64,000 nucleotides of DNA, taken from the NCBI GenBank assembly GCA_963815195.1, contig CAWFGE010000013.1:576001-640000 (forward strand). The letters run 5' to 3'. This DNA is from an uncultured Planctomycetaceae bacterium. GTDB lineage: Bacteria; Planctomycetota; Planctomycetia; Planctomycetales; Planctomycetaceae. Positions 54,187 through 64,000 of this stretch are shown piece after piece. Positions within the stretch are counted from its first letter, which is position 1, and every line of letters starts with the position of its first letter. A program made the position numbers and the translations under genes. The notes beneath the pieces were generated by a model. That model had not been told where the DNA came from. It saw only the letters and a program-made list of their open reading frames with translations, and made no database searches.

Positions 54187-54555
54187 CTAATGAACGCGAA
54201 ATTGCCGGCGGCAGTGGGCGGCCATTTCCTCGCCGGGGACCGGTTCCTCCAGGAAGGTCACGGCTCCCAGTTCGCGAATGGGCCATTCTAACTTTCGATA
54301 GGAAGGCGTTGCCACCACGAGGACCGCCTGGCCCGGCGTGCGGGACATCAGGCGTTCCAAAACCTCCAAGCACTCCGCGGGGTTTGCTTCCACGTCCATG
54401 AGGACCACGCCGTTTCCGGTCCGCGCGAGGCGCGATTCAATAACCCGCGGCCGGCCGCATCCCCGAACGCGGACTTCCTCGCCCGCAAATTGGCGTTCCA
54501 ACTCGGGAACCCAACGCGGCCGGCGCTCGAAGACAAAAATCGTTGGCGTCAGCAT
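54187..54555 (-). CDS. Atypical stand-alone receiver-like protein
   Basis: Receiver-like strand/helix pattern (IFVFER, VVLMD, VLVVA, RELGAVTFLEEP). Confidence 0.6.
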   Translation of the reverse strand: MLTPTIFVFERRPRWVPELERQFAGEEVRVRGCGRPRVIESRLARTGNGVVLMDVEANPAECLEVLERLMSRTPGQAVLVVATPSYRKLEWPIRELGAVTFLEEPVPGEEMAAHCRRQFRVH

Positions 54556-54852
54556 CACCCGTTCATCCTTCGCGAATTGTAAGGATTGCCGATGTCGAAC
54601 ACAACGTTCGTGGGCCGAATGCGGCCGGCGTGCCGATGAGAAAGAAAGCGTCCGCGGTTCGATGGGGGCCAGAAATCGGATTGCGCGGATTGCGCGGGCG
54701 GCGGCATGCCAAAAATGCGGGAACTAGGGTGCGTCTCTTCATCAGGGGCGGCGATTGTGTAGTAGCGTTTTGGCATCACGATCCCGCATTCCCTCAAACG
54801 GCGAGGCCTTCAGGAATTGTGGGGGACAAATCTCTTGGGAAAGCGGCGAGCG

Positions 54853-57544
54853 ATGAGTCTGACAGGCTGGATTCTGGATCGAGTCACGCGGCGGCCGACC
54901 CGCACGCGGGCCGGGTCTCAGCAACGCCATCGGCGGCGCGAAGACGCGGGCTTGTATCTCCGCCGCCTGGAAGACCGCCGCGTGCTGAACGTCGCCGCCG
55001 TCGCCGACGCCTATTACATGAATGCCGGCGACAGTTCGCTGTTTGTCAGCTCGCAACAGAGCGTGTTGGACAATGACGCCGGCGCGCCGCTGACCGCGAA
55101 CCAGGGCACCTTCACCACCGATCAGGGCGGGTCTGTGATCGTCGACACCGCCGGCTCGTTTTATTACACGTCCCCCTATGCGTCCGGTTCCATCTTTACC
55201 GATCATTTCACATATACCGCCACCGACGGCAGCCAAAACAGCCAGGGCGATGTGACGATCTTCGTCGGCGAGTTTCAGGCCCCCTTCAATCAACCGACGC
55301 TTTTGCCCACGATCGGCGTGGAGTCCGAAACGCCGATGGACTACACGCAGGTCCATCTGCAATCCTCAACCGGCGCTTCGTTGTTTCTGCTCAATCCGGG
55401 GCCGATCAGTTTCGACCAGGGCACGGCCAACGGCGGCAGCGAATTGTTTTTGAGCGGCATGGCCAGCGACATCAACCACGCGCTCGAGTCCGTCCAATAC
55501 ACTCCGCCTCCGGACGCGAGCGGATATGACGATGTGCTGTTCGAATACGCCTCCCTCAACGGCCAGCCCCCTCCGCCGCCCGGCACGCTGCTCCCGCCGG
55601 ATTATTCGGAGTACGTCACCGTCTACATCGAACCGGGGCCCGGATCGATCATCGCGAACGACGACCTCTATTTTGTCGATCCTTCGTTTTCGAGCTTTTC
55701 GGTTTCCTACGATGCGGGCGTGTTGTCCAACGATTCCAGCGCCTCGGGAAGTTCGCTGTTTGTGTATTCGGGGGCCTACTCCACCGATCTGGGCGGCAGC
55801 GTGGACTTGTTTTCGGACGGCAGCTTTGTCTACACGCCGCCGAATCTGCCCGATCCGGATTTCATCGACTCCTTCCAATACGTCGCCTCGGATGAAATGT
55901 CCGACAGCAATCCGGGAACCGTGCTGTTATTCGTCGGCGACGTTCCGGTCCCGGAAGACGGCCTCGTGGGCCTGCCTTTGTTTACCGTCGAAGGCTACAG
56001 CCCCACCGAGACGGTTTCGGCGCGGCTTTCTTCCTCAAAAGGGGCCTCGCTGACTTTGTTCGATACGACAGGCGTGAGCTTCGTTTCCGGCACGAACGGC
56101 GGCAGTTCCTTCACCATCGGCGGAACCGCGCACGATGTCAATTCGGCACTCGACTCGCTGGGCTACCTCTCGCCTCTGAACTACAGCGGAAACGACAATC
56201 TCACGTTCCAATACATCGCCTCCGGCAATCGGGGAGGAGGTCTCGTTACGCAAACCGCGGTAATCGCCGTCGAGCCGATCGCCGACCCGCCCGCGCTCGC
56301 CGTTGGGCCCGAGCCCGCGTTTTATCAACCGGGCCTTCCCGTCCCGGTGAACATCAACGTGGCGCTCACCGATACGGACGGCTCGGAGTTCTTGGGCTTT
56401 GTGGTTTTGGATCAGGTGCCGGCGGGTGTGGTTCCGTCGGCGGGCCAGAATTCCGCTCAGTATCCGCAAACTTATTTCCTGCTGCCCAGCCAGTTGGCCA
56501 ATTTGACGTTTACCATCGATCCCGGCGCCGGATTCCTTCACGATTCCCGTCTTTGGCACGGCGATCGAACGGACCGGGGAGCCGGGCGTGTTCGGCGGAC
56601 CCGGCGGACCATTGTTGCCGGACTCGCCGTTTGAGCCGCGGTTCGCGATTTCGATGACGTTTCTGGATTTTGTCCGCTTGCCCCCGGGCGTCGCTCCGCC
56701 GCCCCCGCCCGGCACGACTCAAGCCGTGTTCTTGTTGGGACCGTTGACCACGACCAATCCGCCGCCTCCGCCGCCCGGCCCGCATGGGGCGCCCGGTCCG
56801 CCGGGAGCTCCCAACGGTCCGCCCACGACCGCGGCGAGCATTGTGGCGGCATCCGCGCCTCCTGGAGGAAATCAAAGCTCGATCGGTCCCGTGGTCTCGG
56901 CTCTCAAACAGGACCCGTTTGCAAACGTCAACATCGCGAGCCAGGAGCGAAACGACGAGCAAGGCCGGCTGTCCTTTGAAGGCGCCGGGATTTACGTGCA
57001 AAAGCTCGGCTCGGGCGATCCCGCACAAACCGCCCGCCTGCCCGAAGAAGTCAGCGAAGACTATTCCCGGTTCATCGAGTTTTTGAAGACGCTGCCCAAC
57101 GGGGATTATGTCGTGTACTTCAAACGCGGCGGGCAGTCGCACGAGCAAGCCGCCGCCCGGCAGCGGGTCGTCAAGGTCCGCGTGGTGAACCACCGGCTGA
57201 ATCCCGATTCGGGCGACTTCAAACCCGCCGGCGAAGTTGCGGAACCGCCGAAGAATCCCGATGCGGCGAACGATTCGAGCACGACCACCAAAGCGCCCAC
57301 CGATAATGAGCGGGCCGAGAACCCGGTGCCGGCCGAGTCCGACACGCTCGGCGACATCTCGGCCAATCCCCCGGCGGATTGGGCGACTCTCGCCGCGGGC
57401 GTGTGGCTGGTGAGCCGAGCCTCCCGCGAGTTCCATTCCAAGCCGGACGATCGCACGGCCCACGTCGATCAACTCATGGAGCAATTCCCGTCAAAACGAA
57501 AGCGGCCTGACTGGCGGCGAAAGCTCAAATCGCAAAAGTCATAA
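54853..57544 (+). CDS. Large exported/surface protein with planctomycete LEDRRVL motif, Ig/cadherin-like repeats and Pro-rich linker (apparent frameshift near 56528)
   Basis: Basic N-terminus with LRRLEDRRVLN; AVADAY..VLDND and ANDDLY..GVLSND..DGSFVYTP repeats; LTDTDGSE; shifted frame PDSFTIPVFG runs into ORF 56588..57544. Confidence 0.75.
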
Positions 57545-57601
57545 CCCGGCCGCTCGGCTCGGCACGCCGCGCGGACCCATTTCAACGGACAACGGACACA
57601 A

Positions 57602-60600
57602 ATGATGTTGACATGCCCCCATTGTGAATCGTCGCTCGGAGCGGCAAGCGGCTCCGCGTCGCTTTACGAAAGCGCCACGTGGGACGGGAGGTGCTTGCAT
57701 TGCGGGCGGAGCATCTATCAAAAAGCTCCGCACGACTCGCAAACCCTCGACGGGCGGCAGATCGGCGAACACGCCCTCGGCTTGTTGGACGAAACCGCCG
57801 ACCACATCGGGCAAACGCTCCTGCCCGATTGGGGGAGCGGCGAAAAACAGCGCGATAAGCTCGAAGACATCTGGGGCGAAGCGCGGTCGGCGGAAAACGC
57901 CGGGATGACGATCAAATGGAAATCGGAGTCCAACGACATCGCCCCGTTGGCGACCGAACCGCTCACGTTTCCGGAACTGGAAACGAAAGCCGACTCGGAA
58001 GACGAAGGGCGGGCCAGCGTGAGCCATTTGCAAACGCTCCTGCCGGCCGGAGCCGACGGCGGGGACGACGAAGACGACCCGAGCATGCAGATGACGTTCG
58101 CTCCCGAACTGTTGCCGACGATCGAAACCGAACCGTTCGACGCCAGCGCGAGCACGAGCCGCTCGCTGTCGATCCGCGCAAGAACGTTGGACCACAACCC
58201 CGCGCAGCCCCGGGGCAATTCCGATTACGAGCTGTTGGAACGGCTCGGCCAGGGCGGGATGGGCGTGGTCTATAAAGCCCGGCAGGCGTCCATCGACCGG
58301 CACGTTGCGGTGAAGATGGTCAAAACGGACTCGGTCAGCGAGAAGCAGCGGCGGAGCTTCGTTTCCGAAGCGGTCGTCACCGGCGAACTCGATCACCCGA
58401 ACATCGTGCCGATTTATGACCTGGGCACCGATGAATCCGGGGCGCTGTTCTACTCGATGAAGCAGGTCGTGGGCACGCCTTGGAAAGACGCGATCCGCCA
58501 GAAATCGCAGGCCGAGAACCTGGAGATTTTGATGCGCGTCGCCGACGCCGTCGCTTTCGGGCACTCCCGCGGCGTCGTGCACTGCGACCTCAAGCCCGAA
58601 AACGTCATGCTCGGCGATTACGGCGAAGTTCTGGTGATGGACTGGGGCCTTGCGCAGCTTTTGCCGGCTTTTCAGAAGCCCCGCGAAATCGCGAAGTCCG
58701 CCGACGGCGGCGGCACGCCCGCGTACATGGCGCCCGAAATGGCGGCCGGCAAAGCGGGGCTGATTACGATCGCCAGCGATGTGTATCTGTTGGGGGCGAT
58801 TCTGTACGAGATCATTGCCGGCAAGGCGCCGCACGCCGGCAAGAACGTGATGGGCTGCCTCGTCAACGTCGCCAAAAACGTCATTCAGCCCACCGACAAA
58901 ACCGGCGAACTTTTAGACATTGCCTACAAGGCGATGGCAACTCAGCCCGAAGACCGCTTCGCCGACGTGCCGGCGTTCCAGGCGGCGGTCCGCGATTATC
59001 AATCGCACTCCGAAAGCACCCGCCTCTCCGACCGGGCCCTGGCCGGTCTGGAAGAAGCCTGCGAAAAGCAGGACTACGAACTTTTCGCCCAGGCGCTCGC
59101 GGCGTTTCGCGAAGCGGTTTTGTTGTGGCGCGAAAACTCCGCGGCTGACGAAGGCTTGGGTGCCGCCCGTTACGCCTATGCCCAGTGTGCTTATCAAAAA
59201 GGCGACTACGATCTCGGCTTGTCGCTGCTCCAGGAAGACAATCCCGAGCATGCGGAGCTGTACCAGAAAATCCAGGCCGCCCAGCACGAGCGGGAAATCC
59301 GCCAGCAGCGGCTCCGCCGCACCAAACGGCTCGTGGCGGCGCTTGGGGTATTGATGGTGCTTGGAGCCTCGGCGGCGGCGTTTGTGATCAACGAAGCCCG
59401 CAAAGAAGCCGACGGCCAGCGCGAGATCGCCGAGCATCAAGCCGAGGTCGCCGACGAGCAGCGGGGCATCGCCCAGAAGCAAACCCAACTGGCCCAAGCC
59501 GAGAAACAGAAAGCCGACGAGGAACGCCAAAACGCCGAGAAATCCCGGGACGAGGCGGTGCTGCAAAAGCGCAAAGCCGAAGATGCCAAAAAAGCCGCCG
59601 ACGCAGCGCGGACGCTGGAAGAAAAAGCCAAGATCGCGGCCCAAGAGGCGGAGCAGGAAGCCGTTTCCGCCCGGCAAGCCGAAGCCTATGAAGCCTACAT
59701 CGCCCGGATTCAATTGGCCGCCGCGAAAATCGATGAAAACGCCTTCGACACGGCCCGGCGGTTGCTCGAGGAATGCCGGCCCCAGGGCGGTGAAAAGGAT
59801 CTCCGCGGCTGGGAATGGGCCAGGCTGATGCACCTTTGTTGGCAAAGTGAGCGGACTTGGAAGATGGCCGCCCCCGCCGAGGCCGTTGCCTTTTCGCCCG
59901 ACGGTTCGCGGTTTGTCACAGCGGCCTGGGACGGCCATGCCCGCGTGTGGGATTTGGCCAGCGGCAAGGAACTTCACGATTTGAAACACGAAGGCCAATA
60001 CGTGCATGCCGCGAAGTTCTCGCCCGATCGAAAACTCATCGCCACCGGCAGCAACGATCCCACCGGCTTCGTGCGGCTCTGGAATGCCAAGACCGGCGAG
60101 CCGGTGAAATCGTTCTTCGGCCACACCGATGCCGTGCTCAGCGTGCGGTTTTCGAAGGATGGGCGCAGGCTTGTCACCACGTCCTACGACAACACCGCCC
60201 GCTTGTGGGATGTCCAAACCGGCAAGGAAATCCAGCGGTTTGAAGGGCACTTCTGGTGGGTGTGGTCGGCGGCGTTCTCGCCCGACGAGAAACTGCTTGT
60301 CACCGCCAGCCACGACGGCACCGCAAACGTTTACGAGGTGGACACCGGCAAAAAGATCGCCGACTTCACGGGACACCAAGGCCCGGTGTTCGCGGCCGAA
60401 TTCTCGCCTGACGGCCAGACCGTCGCCAGCGGCGGGTTCGATCATCGCATCTTGATCTGGAAGCCCGAAGAGCAGGCCTGGACCGATCTGCAAATGCTCG
60501 CCCAAGGCAAGCAGAATCATTCGCCGGTCTTTACCTCCCTCGACGGCCACACCTCCGGCGTGCGTTCGCTGGAGTTCTCCGCCGACGGGCAGCGGTTGCT

Positions 60601-62671
60601 CACCGGCTCGGATGACAACACGTTAAAACTCTGGAACCTGGAAACCAAACGCACGATCGAAACGTTGCGCGGGCATGACGGTTGGATCGCCTGCTGCACG
60701 CTTTCGCCGGATGGACAATGGGCACTCTCGGCCGCGCACGATCAGCACGTGCGGTTGTGGAACCTCAACGGCTACGAAGAAACCCGCGTGCTCGGCGGGC
60801 ATGTCTTGAAGGGACACAGCGAAGCCGTGCTGAGCGCGGCCCTTTCGCGGGACGGCCAATACATCGCCACCGCCAGCCGCGACCGCACCGCACGGTTGTG
60901 GTCCGCCGCCGACGGCAAGGAACTGAGAACCTTCGCGGAAGGGCACAGTTTTCTGTCGATGCGAGCCGCGTTTTCACCGGACGGCCGGTGGCTGTTCACG
61001 GCGGCGTTTGACAACACGGTCCGCGTGTGGAACGTCGCCCACGGCACCGAGATCGCCCGGCTCGATCACACCGGACGCAACGCAGCGCTCGCGGTCTCGC
61101 CGGACGGCAAATATCTCGTCACCGGCAGCGACGACAACTCCGCCAAGGTTTGGGAACTCGATGCCCTGCTCGAAGCCGCCAAAGCCCAGCGGCCGCCCGA
61201 ACCCTTGTGGATCCTCGAAGAGCACCGGCGGGAAATCACGGCGATCGCGATCTCGCCGAACGGCCGCTGGATTTACACAGGCGACGCCCGCGGGCGCGGT
61301 TTTCTGTGGGACAAGACGACCGGCAAAATTCGCCACCGCTATATCGGGCACGCGGGTGCCGTCACCGATGCCGCGTTTCTGCCCGACGGGTCCCGCGTCC
61401 TCACCGCCAGCCGCGACAACACCGTCGGCCAATGGGACGCGAACACCGGCGAGGAGCATCGCAAACAAATCCTCCGGCATTCCGAAGCGGTGAGTTCGCT
61501 GGCCATCCTGCCCGACGGCCGCCGAGCGATCACCAGCAGCGACGACAAAACCGTCCGGCTGTGGAATCTGGAAACGGCCAAGGTGGAAACGACATTGCAC
61601 GAAGGCGACGACATTCAAACCGTCGCCGTCTCGCCCGACGGCCGATTGGCGTTGGGGCTGAGCAGTGTGGAAGGGCGGATTCGGATCTGGCAGTTGGACA
61701 CCGGCCGCGAGTGGCTGCCCGTCGATAACAACGGCCGGCCGGGTCCGTTTTTTGAATTGACCTCCGAAATGGATTCGCTGTGGTCCGCGACGTTTTCGCC
61801 CGACAACCACGGTCTGCTCACCGTCGCAGGGAACGATGTCCGGCTGTGGGATCTCAAGACCCGCGAAGAACGCATGAGCTTCAATCCCCACGGGGCCGTG
61901 GCGTCGGCGGAGTTTTCGCCCGATGGAAAATGGCTCGTGACAGCCGGCTGGGATCACACCGCCCGGATCTGGAACATCCAAACCGGACGGGCCGAGCATA
62001 AGCTCGTCGGCCAGCACACGGACGACATCAACCACGCCGTCTTCTCGCCCGATGGCCGGCAGGTCCTCACGGCCAGCGACGACGGCACCGCGGTTTTATG
62101 GAACATCGAAACCGAGTCGCCCGCAGCGATTTTGCGCGGGCACGGCAAGCGGATCAACTCGGCCGTGTTCTCAAACGATGGCCGATGGATCGTCACGGCT
62201 TCGGACGATCGCACCGCCCGCGTGTGGGACGCGAAAACGGGCACGGAGCTTCTGGTCCTCACCGGCCACGAGTGGGCTGTGCAGTCGGCGGAGTTCTCCA
62301 AGGACGGCCGGCGGATCATCACTGCCAGCGACGACAACACCGCCCGCGTCTGGAAGCTGGTGAAGCCCGGCGTTCAACCGGATAAAGGAAAATGGACCGC
62401 GGAACCCGGGTGGGTGCTCAAAGGCCACTCGGCAGGCGTGGTTGCGGCGGGCTTCTCACCGGATGGAAGACGAATCATCACAGGCAGCCGGGACGACACC
62501 GCGATCATCTGGGACGCAGACACCGGCAAAGAGCTTCTGACGCTCCGCGGCCACACGCAGGACGTCACCTCGGCCCGCTTCTCGGACGACGGCCGCGAAG
62601 CCCTCACCGGCAGCCGCGACGGCACCGCGATCCTTTGGCTCACCGACAAAGGCGATTTCAGACGGCAATAG
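57602..62671 (+). CDS. Giant Ser/Thr kinase: N-terminal zinc ribbon, kinase, TM helix, coiled coil, about 20 WD40 repeats
   Basis: CPHC/CLHC; LGQGGMGVV; VAVK; HCDLKPEN; DWG; GTPAYMAPE; repeated GH..FSPDG..WD. Confidence 0.93.
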   Translation: MMLTCPHCESSLGAASGSASLYESATWDGRCLHCGRSIYQKAPHDSQTLDGRQIGEHALGLLDETADHIGQTLLPDWGSGEKQRDKLEDIWGEARSAENAGMTIKWKSESNDIAPLATEPLTFPELETKADSEDEGRASVSHLQTLLPAGADGGDDEDDPSMQMTFAPELLPTIETEPFDASASTSRSLSIRARTLDHNPAQPRGNSDYELLERLGQGGMGVVYKARQASIDRHVAVKMVKTDSVSEKQRRSFVSEAVVTGELDHPNIVPIYDLGTDESGALFYSMKQVVGTPWKDAIRQKSQAENLEILMRVADAVAFGHSRGVVHCDLKPENVMLGDYGEVLVMDWGLAQLLPAFQKPREIAKSADGGGTPAYMAPEMAAGKAGLITIASDVYLLGAILYEIIAGKAPHAGKNVMGCLVNVAKNVIQPTDKTGELLDIAYKAMATQPEDRFADVPAFQAAVRDYQSHSESTRLSDRALAGLEEACEKQDYELFAQALAAFREAVLLWRENSAADEGLGAARYAYAQCAYQKGDYDLGLSLLQEDNPEHAELYQKIQAAQHEREIRQQRLRRTKRLVAALGVLMVLGASAAAFVINEARKEADGQREIAEHQAEVADEQRGIAQKQTQLAQAEKQKADEERQNAEKSRDEAVLQKRKAEDAKKAADAARTLEEKAKIAAQEAEQEAVSARQAEAYEAYIARIQLAAAKIDENAFDTARRLLEECRPQGGEKDLRGWEWARLMHLCWQSERTWKMAAPAEAVAFSPDGSRFVTAAWDGHARVWDLASGKELHDLKHEGQYVHAAKFSPDRKLIATGSNDPTGFVRLWNAKTGEPVKSFFGHTDAVLSVRFSKDGRRLVTTSYDNTARLWDVQTGKEIQRFEGHFWWVWSAAFSPDEKLLVTASHDGTANVYEVDTGKKIADFTGHQGPVFAAEFSPDGQTVASGGFDHRILIWKPEEQAWTDLQMLAQGKQNHSPVFTSLDGHTSGVRSLEFSADGQRLLTGSDDNTLKLWNLETKRTIETLRGHDGWIACCTLSPDGQWALSAAHDQHVRLWNLNGYEETRVLGGHVLKGHSEAVLSAALSRDGQYIATASRDRTARLWSAADGKELRTFAEGHSFLSMRAAFSPDGRWLFTAAFDNTVRVWNVAHGTEIARLDHTGRNAALAVSPDGKYLVTGSDDNSAKVWELDALLEAAKAQRPPEPLWILEEHRREITAIAISPNGRWIYTGDARGRGFLWDKTTGKIRHRYIGHAGAVTDAAFLPDGSRVLTASRDNTVGQWDANTGEEHRKQILRHSEAVSSLAILPDGRRAITSSDDKTVRLWNLETAKVETTLHEGDDIQTVAVSPDGRLALGLSSVEGRIRIWQLDTGREWLPVDNNGRPGPFFELTSEMDSLWSATFSPDNHGLLTVAGNDVRLWDLKTREERMSFNPHGAVASAEFSPDGKWLVTAGWDHTARIWNIQTGRAEHKLVGQHTDDINHAVFSPDGRQVLTASDDGTAVLWNIETESPAAILRGHGKRINSAVFSNDGRWIVTASDDRTARVWDAKTGTELLVLTGHEWAVQSAEFSKDGRRIITASDDNTARVWKLVKPGVQPDKGKWTAEPGWVLKGHSAGVVAAGFSPDGRRIITGSRDDTAIIWDADTGKELLTLRGHTQDVTSARFSDDGREALTGSRDGTAILWLTDKGDFRRQ

Positions 62672-62673
62672 TA

Positions 62674-62700
62674 GGCGAGCGGCCCGCGTAAGCCGGCTGA
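62674..62700 (+). repeat. REP variant just after the kinase stop codon
   Basis: GGCGAGC GGCCCGC GTAA GCCGGCT GA. Confidence 0.8.
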
Positions 62701-62751
62701 TTCCGTACCTCAAGAAATTGATGCCATCAGCAACGAATAAGAGAAACGCCG

Positions 62752-63643
62752 CTACGAAGCCGCGCGGAGACGGAGTTCCTCGGCGTTGAGGGCGACGATG
62801 GCGATGCCGAACTTGTCGGCCATCGCGATCACCTCTTCCTCATCCAAGAGAATCGTTTTTGCGCTTTCCACCGCGAGCACGCGGCCGCCGGCTTCGCGGA
62901 TGGTTTGGATCGTCTGCGTGCCGATGGTGGGCACGTCGAACCGCATGTCCTGCTGCGGCTTGGCGACTTTGACGACGGAAAACTTCCCCCGCCGGCAGAG
63001 CGTGCCCGCCCGGCGGATGCAGGCGTCGGTGCCTTCGATGGCTTCCGCCGCGATCACCGCCTGATCGGAAACCACGACCGTCTGGCCGATGTCCAATCGG
63101 CCGAGTTCCTTCGCCATCTCCCAGCCGAATTTGATGTCGTTCCATTGAACGGGCGTGGGGCGGCGTCTGGTGAGAAATCCGTGTTTCACGAGAAGCTCCG
63201 GGCAATAGTCCAGGGCGGATTCAAAACGAATGTGATCCCGCTCGAACTCGCGGATCACGGCGAGCAGCAGCGTGTCGTCGGTTTTGTTGGCCGTGGCATA
63301 GCGGAACCACATGTGCAGCGCCCGCCAATCCGGGAAATGGCGGAAGATGCCGAACGGCTTAAACAGCACGGTCTTTTCGATCTTGCCCGCCATGACCACC
63401 CGCTTGACGCCGGCCCGCTTGAACAGCCGAATCGCCTGGCCCAGTTTGCCGAGCGGCGCGGTAACGAACTCGTCGCAAAGGTCGCCGAGTTCTTCGGGAG
63501 CCATGTCCCTTACGCCCATGCAAAACACCGACAGCCCCTGCCGGCACGGCTTTTGCGAAGGTCACGGGAAACCGCCCCGCGCCTGCCAATAATCCGATGC
63601 GGCCCGGCCGCGCGTGCCGGGATAGAGTGCGTGATCCATCCAT
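62752..63643 (-). CDS. lpxI: UDP-2,3-diacylglucosamine diphosphatase LpxI (apparent frameshift near 63545)
   Basis: IGLLAGAGRFP; VVMAGKI; LDIGQTVVV; EAIEGTDACIRR; KVAKPQQDMRFDVPTIG; downstream of lpxD. Confidence 0.9.
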
Positions 63644-63720
63644 GGAGACTGTGGGTGGAGAATATTTCCTTGGTTGGTTTTCGTGTTCGGTTTTCAGCTC
63701 CCCAAGAAACAGGGAGACAA

Positions 63721-64000
63721 TCATGCGGCCGATGCAGAACTGTCATCCGGCTTTGCAGCCGGTTTGGTCAATGATGTGATTTGAGCTTGAAGGGCTTTCA
63801 CCTGACGGACCAGTTCGCGAATCTGTTCCCGCATTTTGGGCAGCTTGCGAACGGCCATCATTTGTTTTCGCCCCTCATCGATGGGCTCGGCGGGGAAACC
63901 GATATACGTCTGGCCTCCCCCCAGCGACTTCGGGACGCCCGCCTTCGCGGCGAGCACCGTTTTTGCGCCAAACGGACGTGGTCGGCGACGCCCACCTGCC
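63721..64000 (-). CDS. lpxD: UDP-3-O-acylglucosamine N-acyltransferase, C-terminal part (partial; apparent indel near 63970)
   Basis: QVGVADHV..GAKTVLAAKAGV..Y.G.PA followed by C-terminal helix RKLPKMREQIRELVRQV. Confidence 0.85.
   Translation of the reverse strand, partial: AGGRRRPRPFGAKTVLAAKAGVPKSLGGGQTYIGFPAEPIDEGRKQMMAVRKLPKMREQIRELVRQVKALQAQITSLTKPAAKPDDSSASAA

Overview
GC-rich bacterial chromosomal window, most likely from a Planctomycetota genome (inferred from a DUF1559 prepilin-like protein, CxPSR sulfatases, an ECF sigma/Ser-Thr kinase pair, WD40 kinases, an LEDRRVL-type exported protein and an H4MPT-linked DHPS-like protein). Left to right it holds: an unusual efflux operon (adaptor, two near-identical RND permeases, three different TolC-type proteins); a TPR protein; a sulfatase; an MlrC/M81 peptidase; DUF1801; a Tat TIM-barrel protein; pcm; PIN/TRAM; a DHPS-like protein; an amidase with a Tat-signal partner; TrmH; small hypotheticals; floA; a trypsin-like protease; a probable beta-lactamase-like/DUF5060 fusion; a second amidase; ilvE; lolD; lolC/E; a REP-associated tyrosine transposase (RAYT); lysS; a more AT-rich accessory block (kinase-WD40, ECF sigma, atypical peroxiredoxin, DUF1559); a second sulfatase; mrp; a surface protein with a giant kinase-WD40; lpxI; and the 3' end of lpxD. 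About a dozen single-site frameshifts, including in essential genes, point to assembly indel errors rather than real pseudogenes. The most striking signal is a 28-bp REP family (GGCGAGC, 7-bp stem, 4-nt loop) with 12 copies clustered around its putative cognate RAYT. The family shows compensatory stem changes, four copies sit right at stop codons, and one complete 90-bp REP doublet is inserted in frame inside lysyl-tRNA synthetase. All product calls come from motif recognition by eye; no database searches were run.
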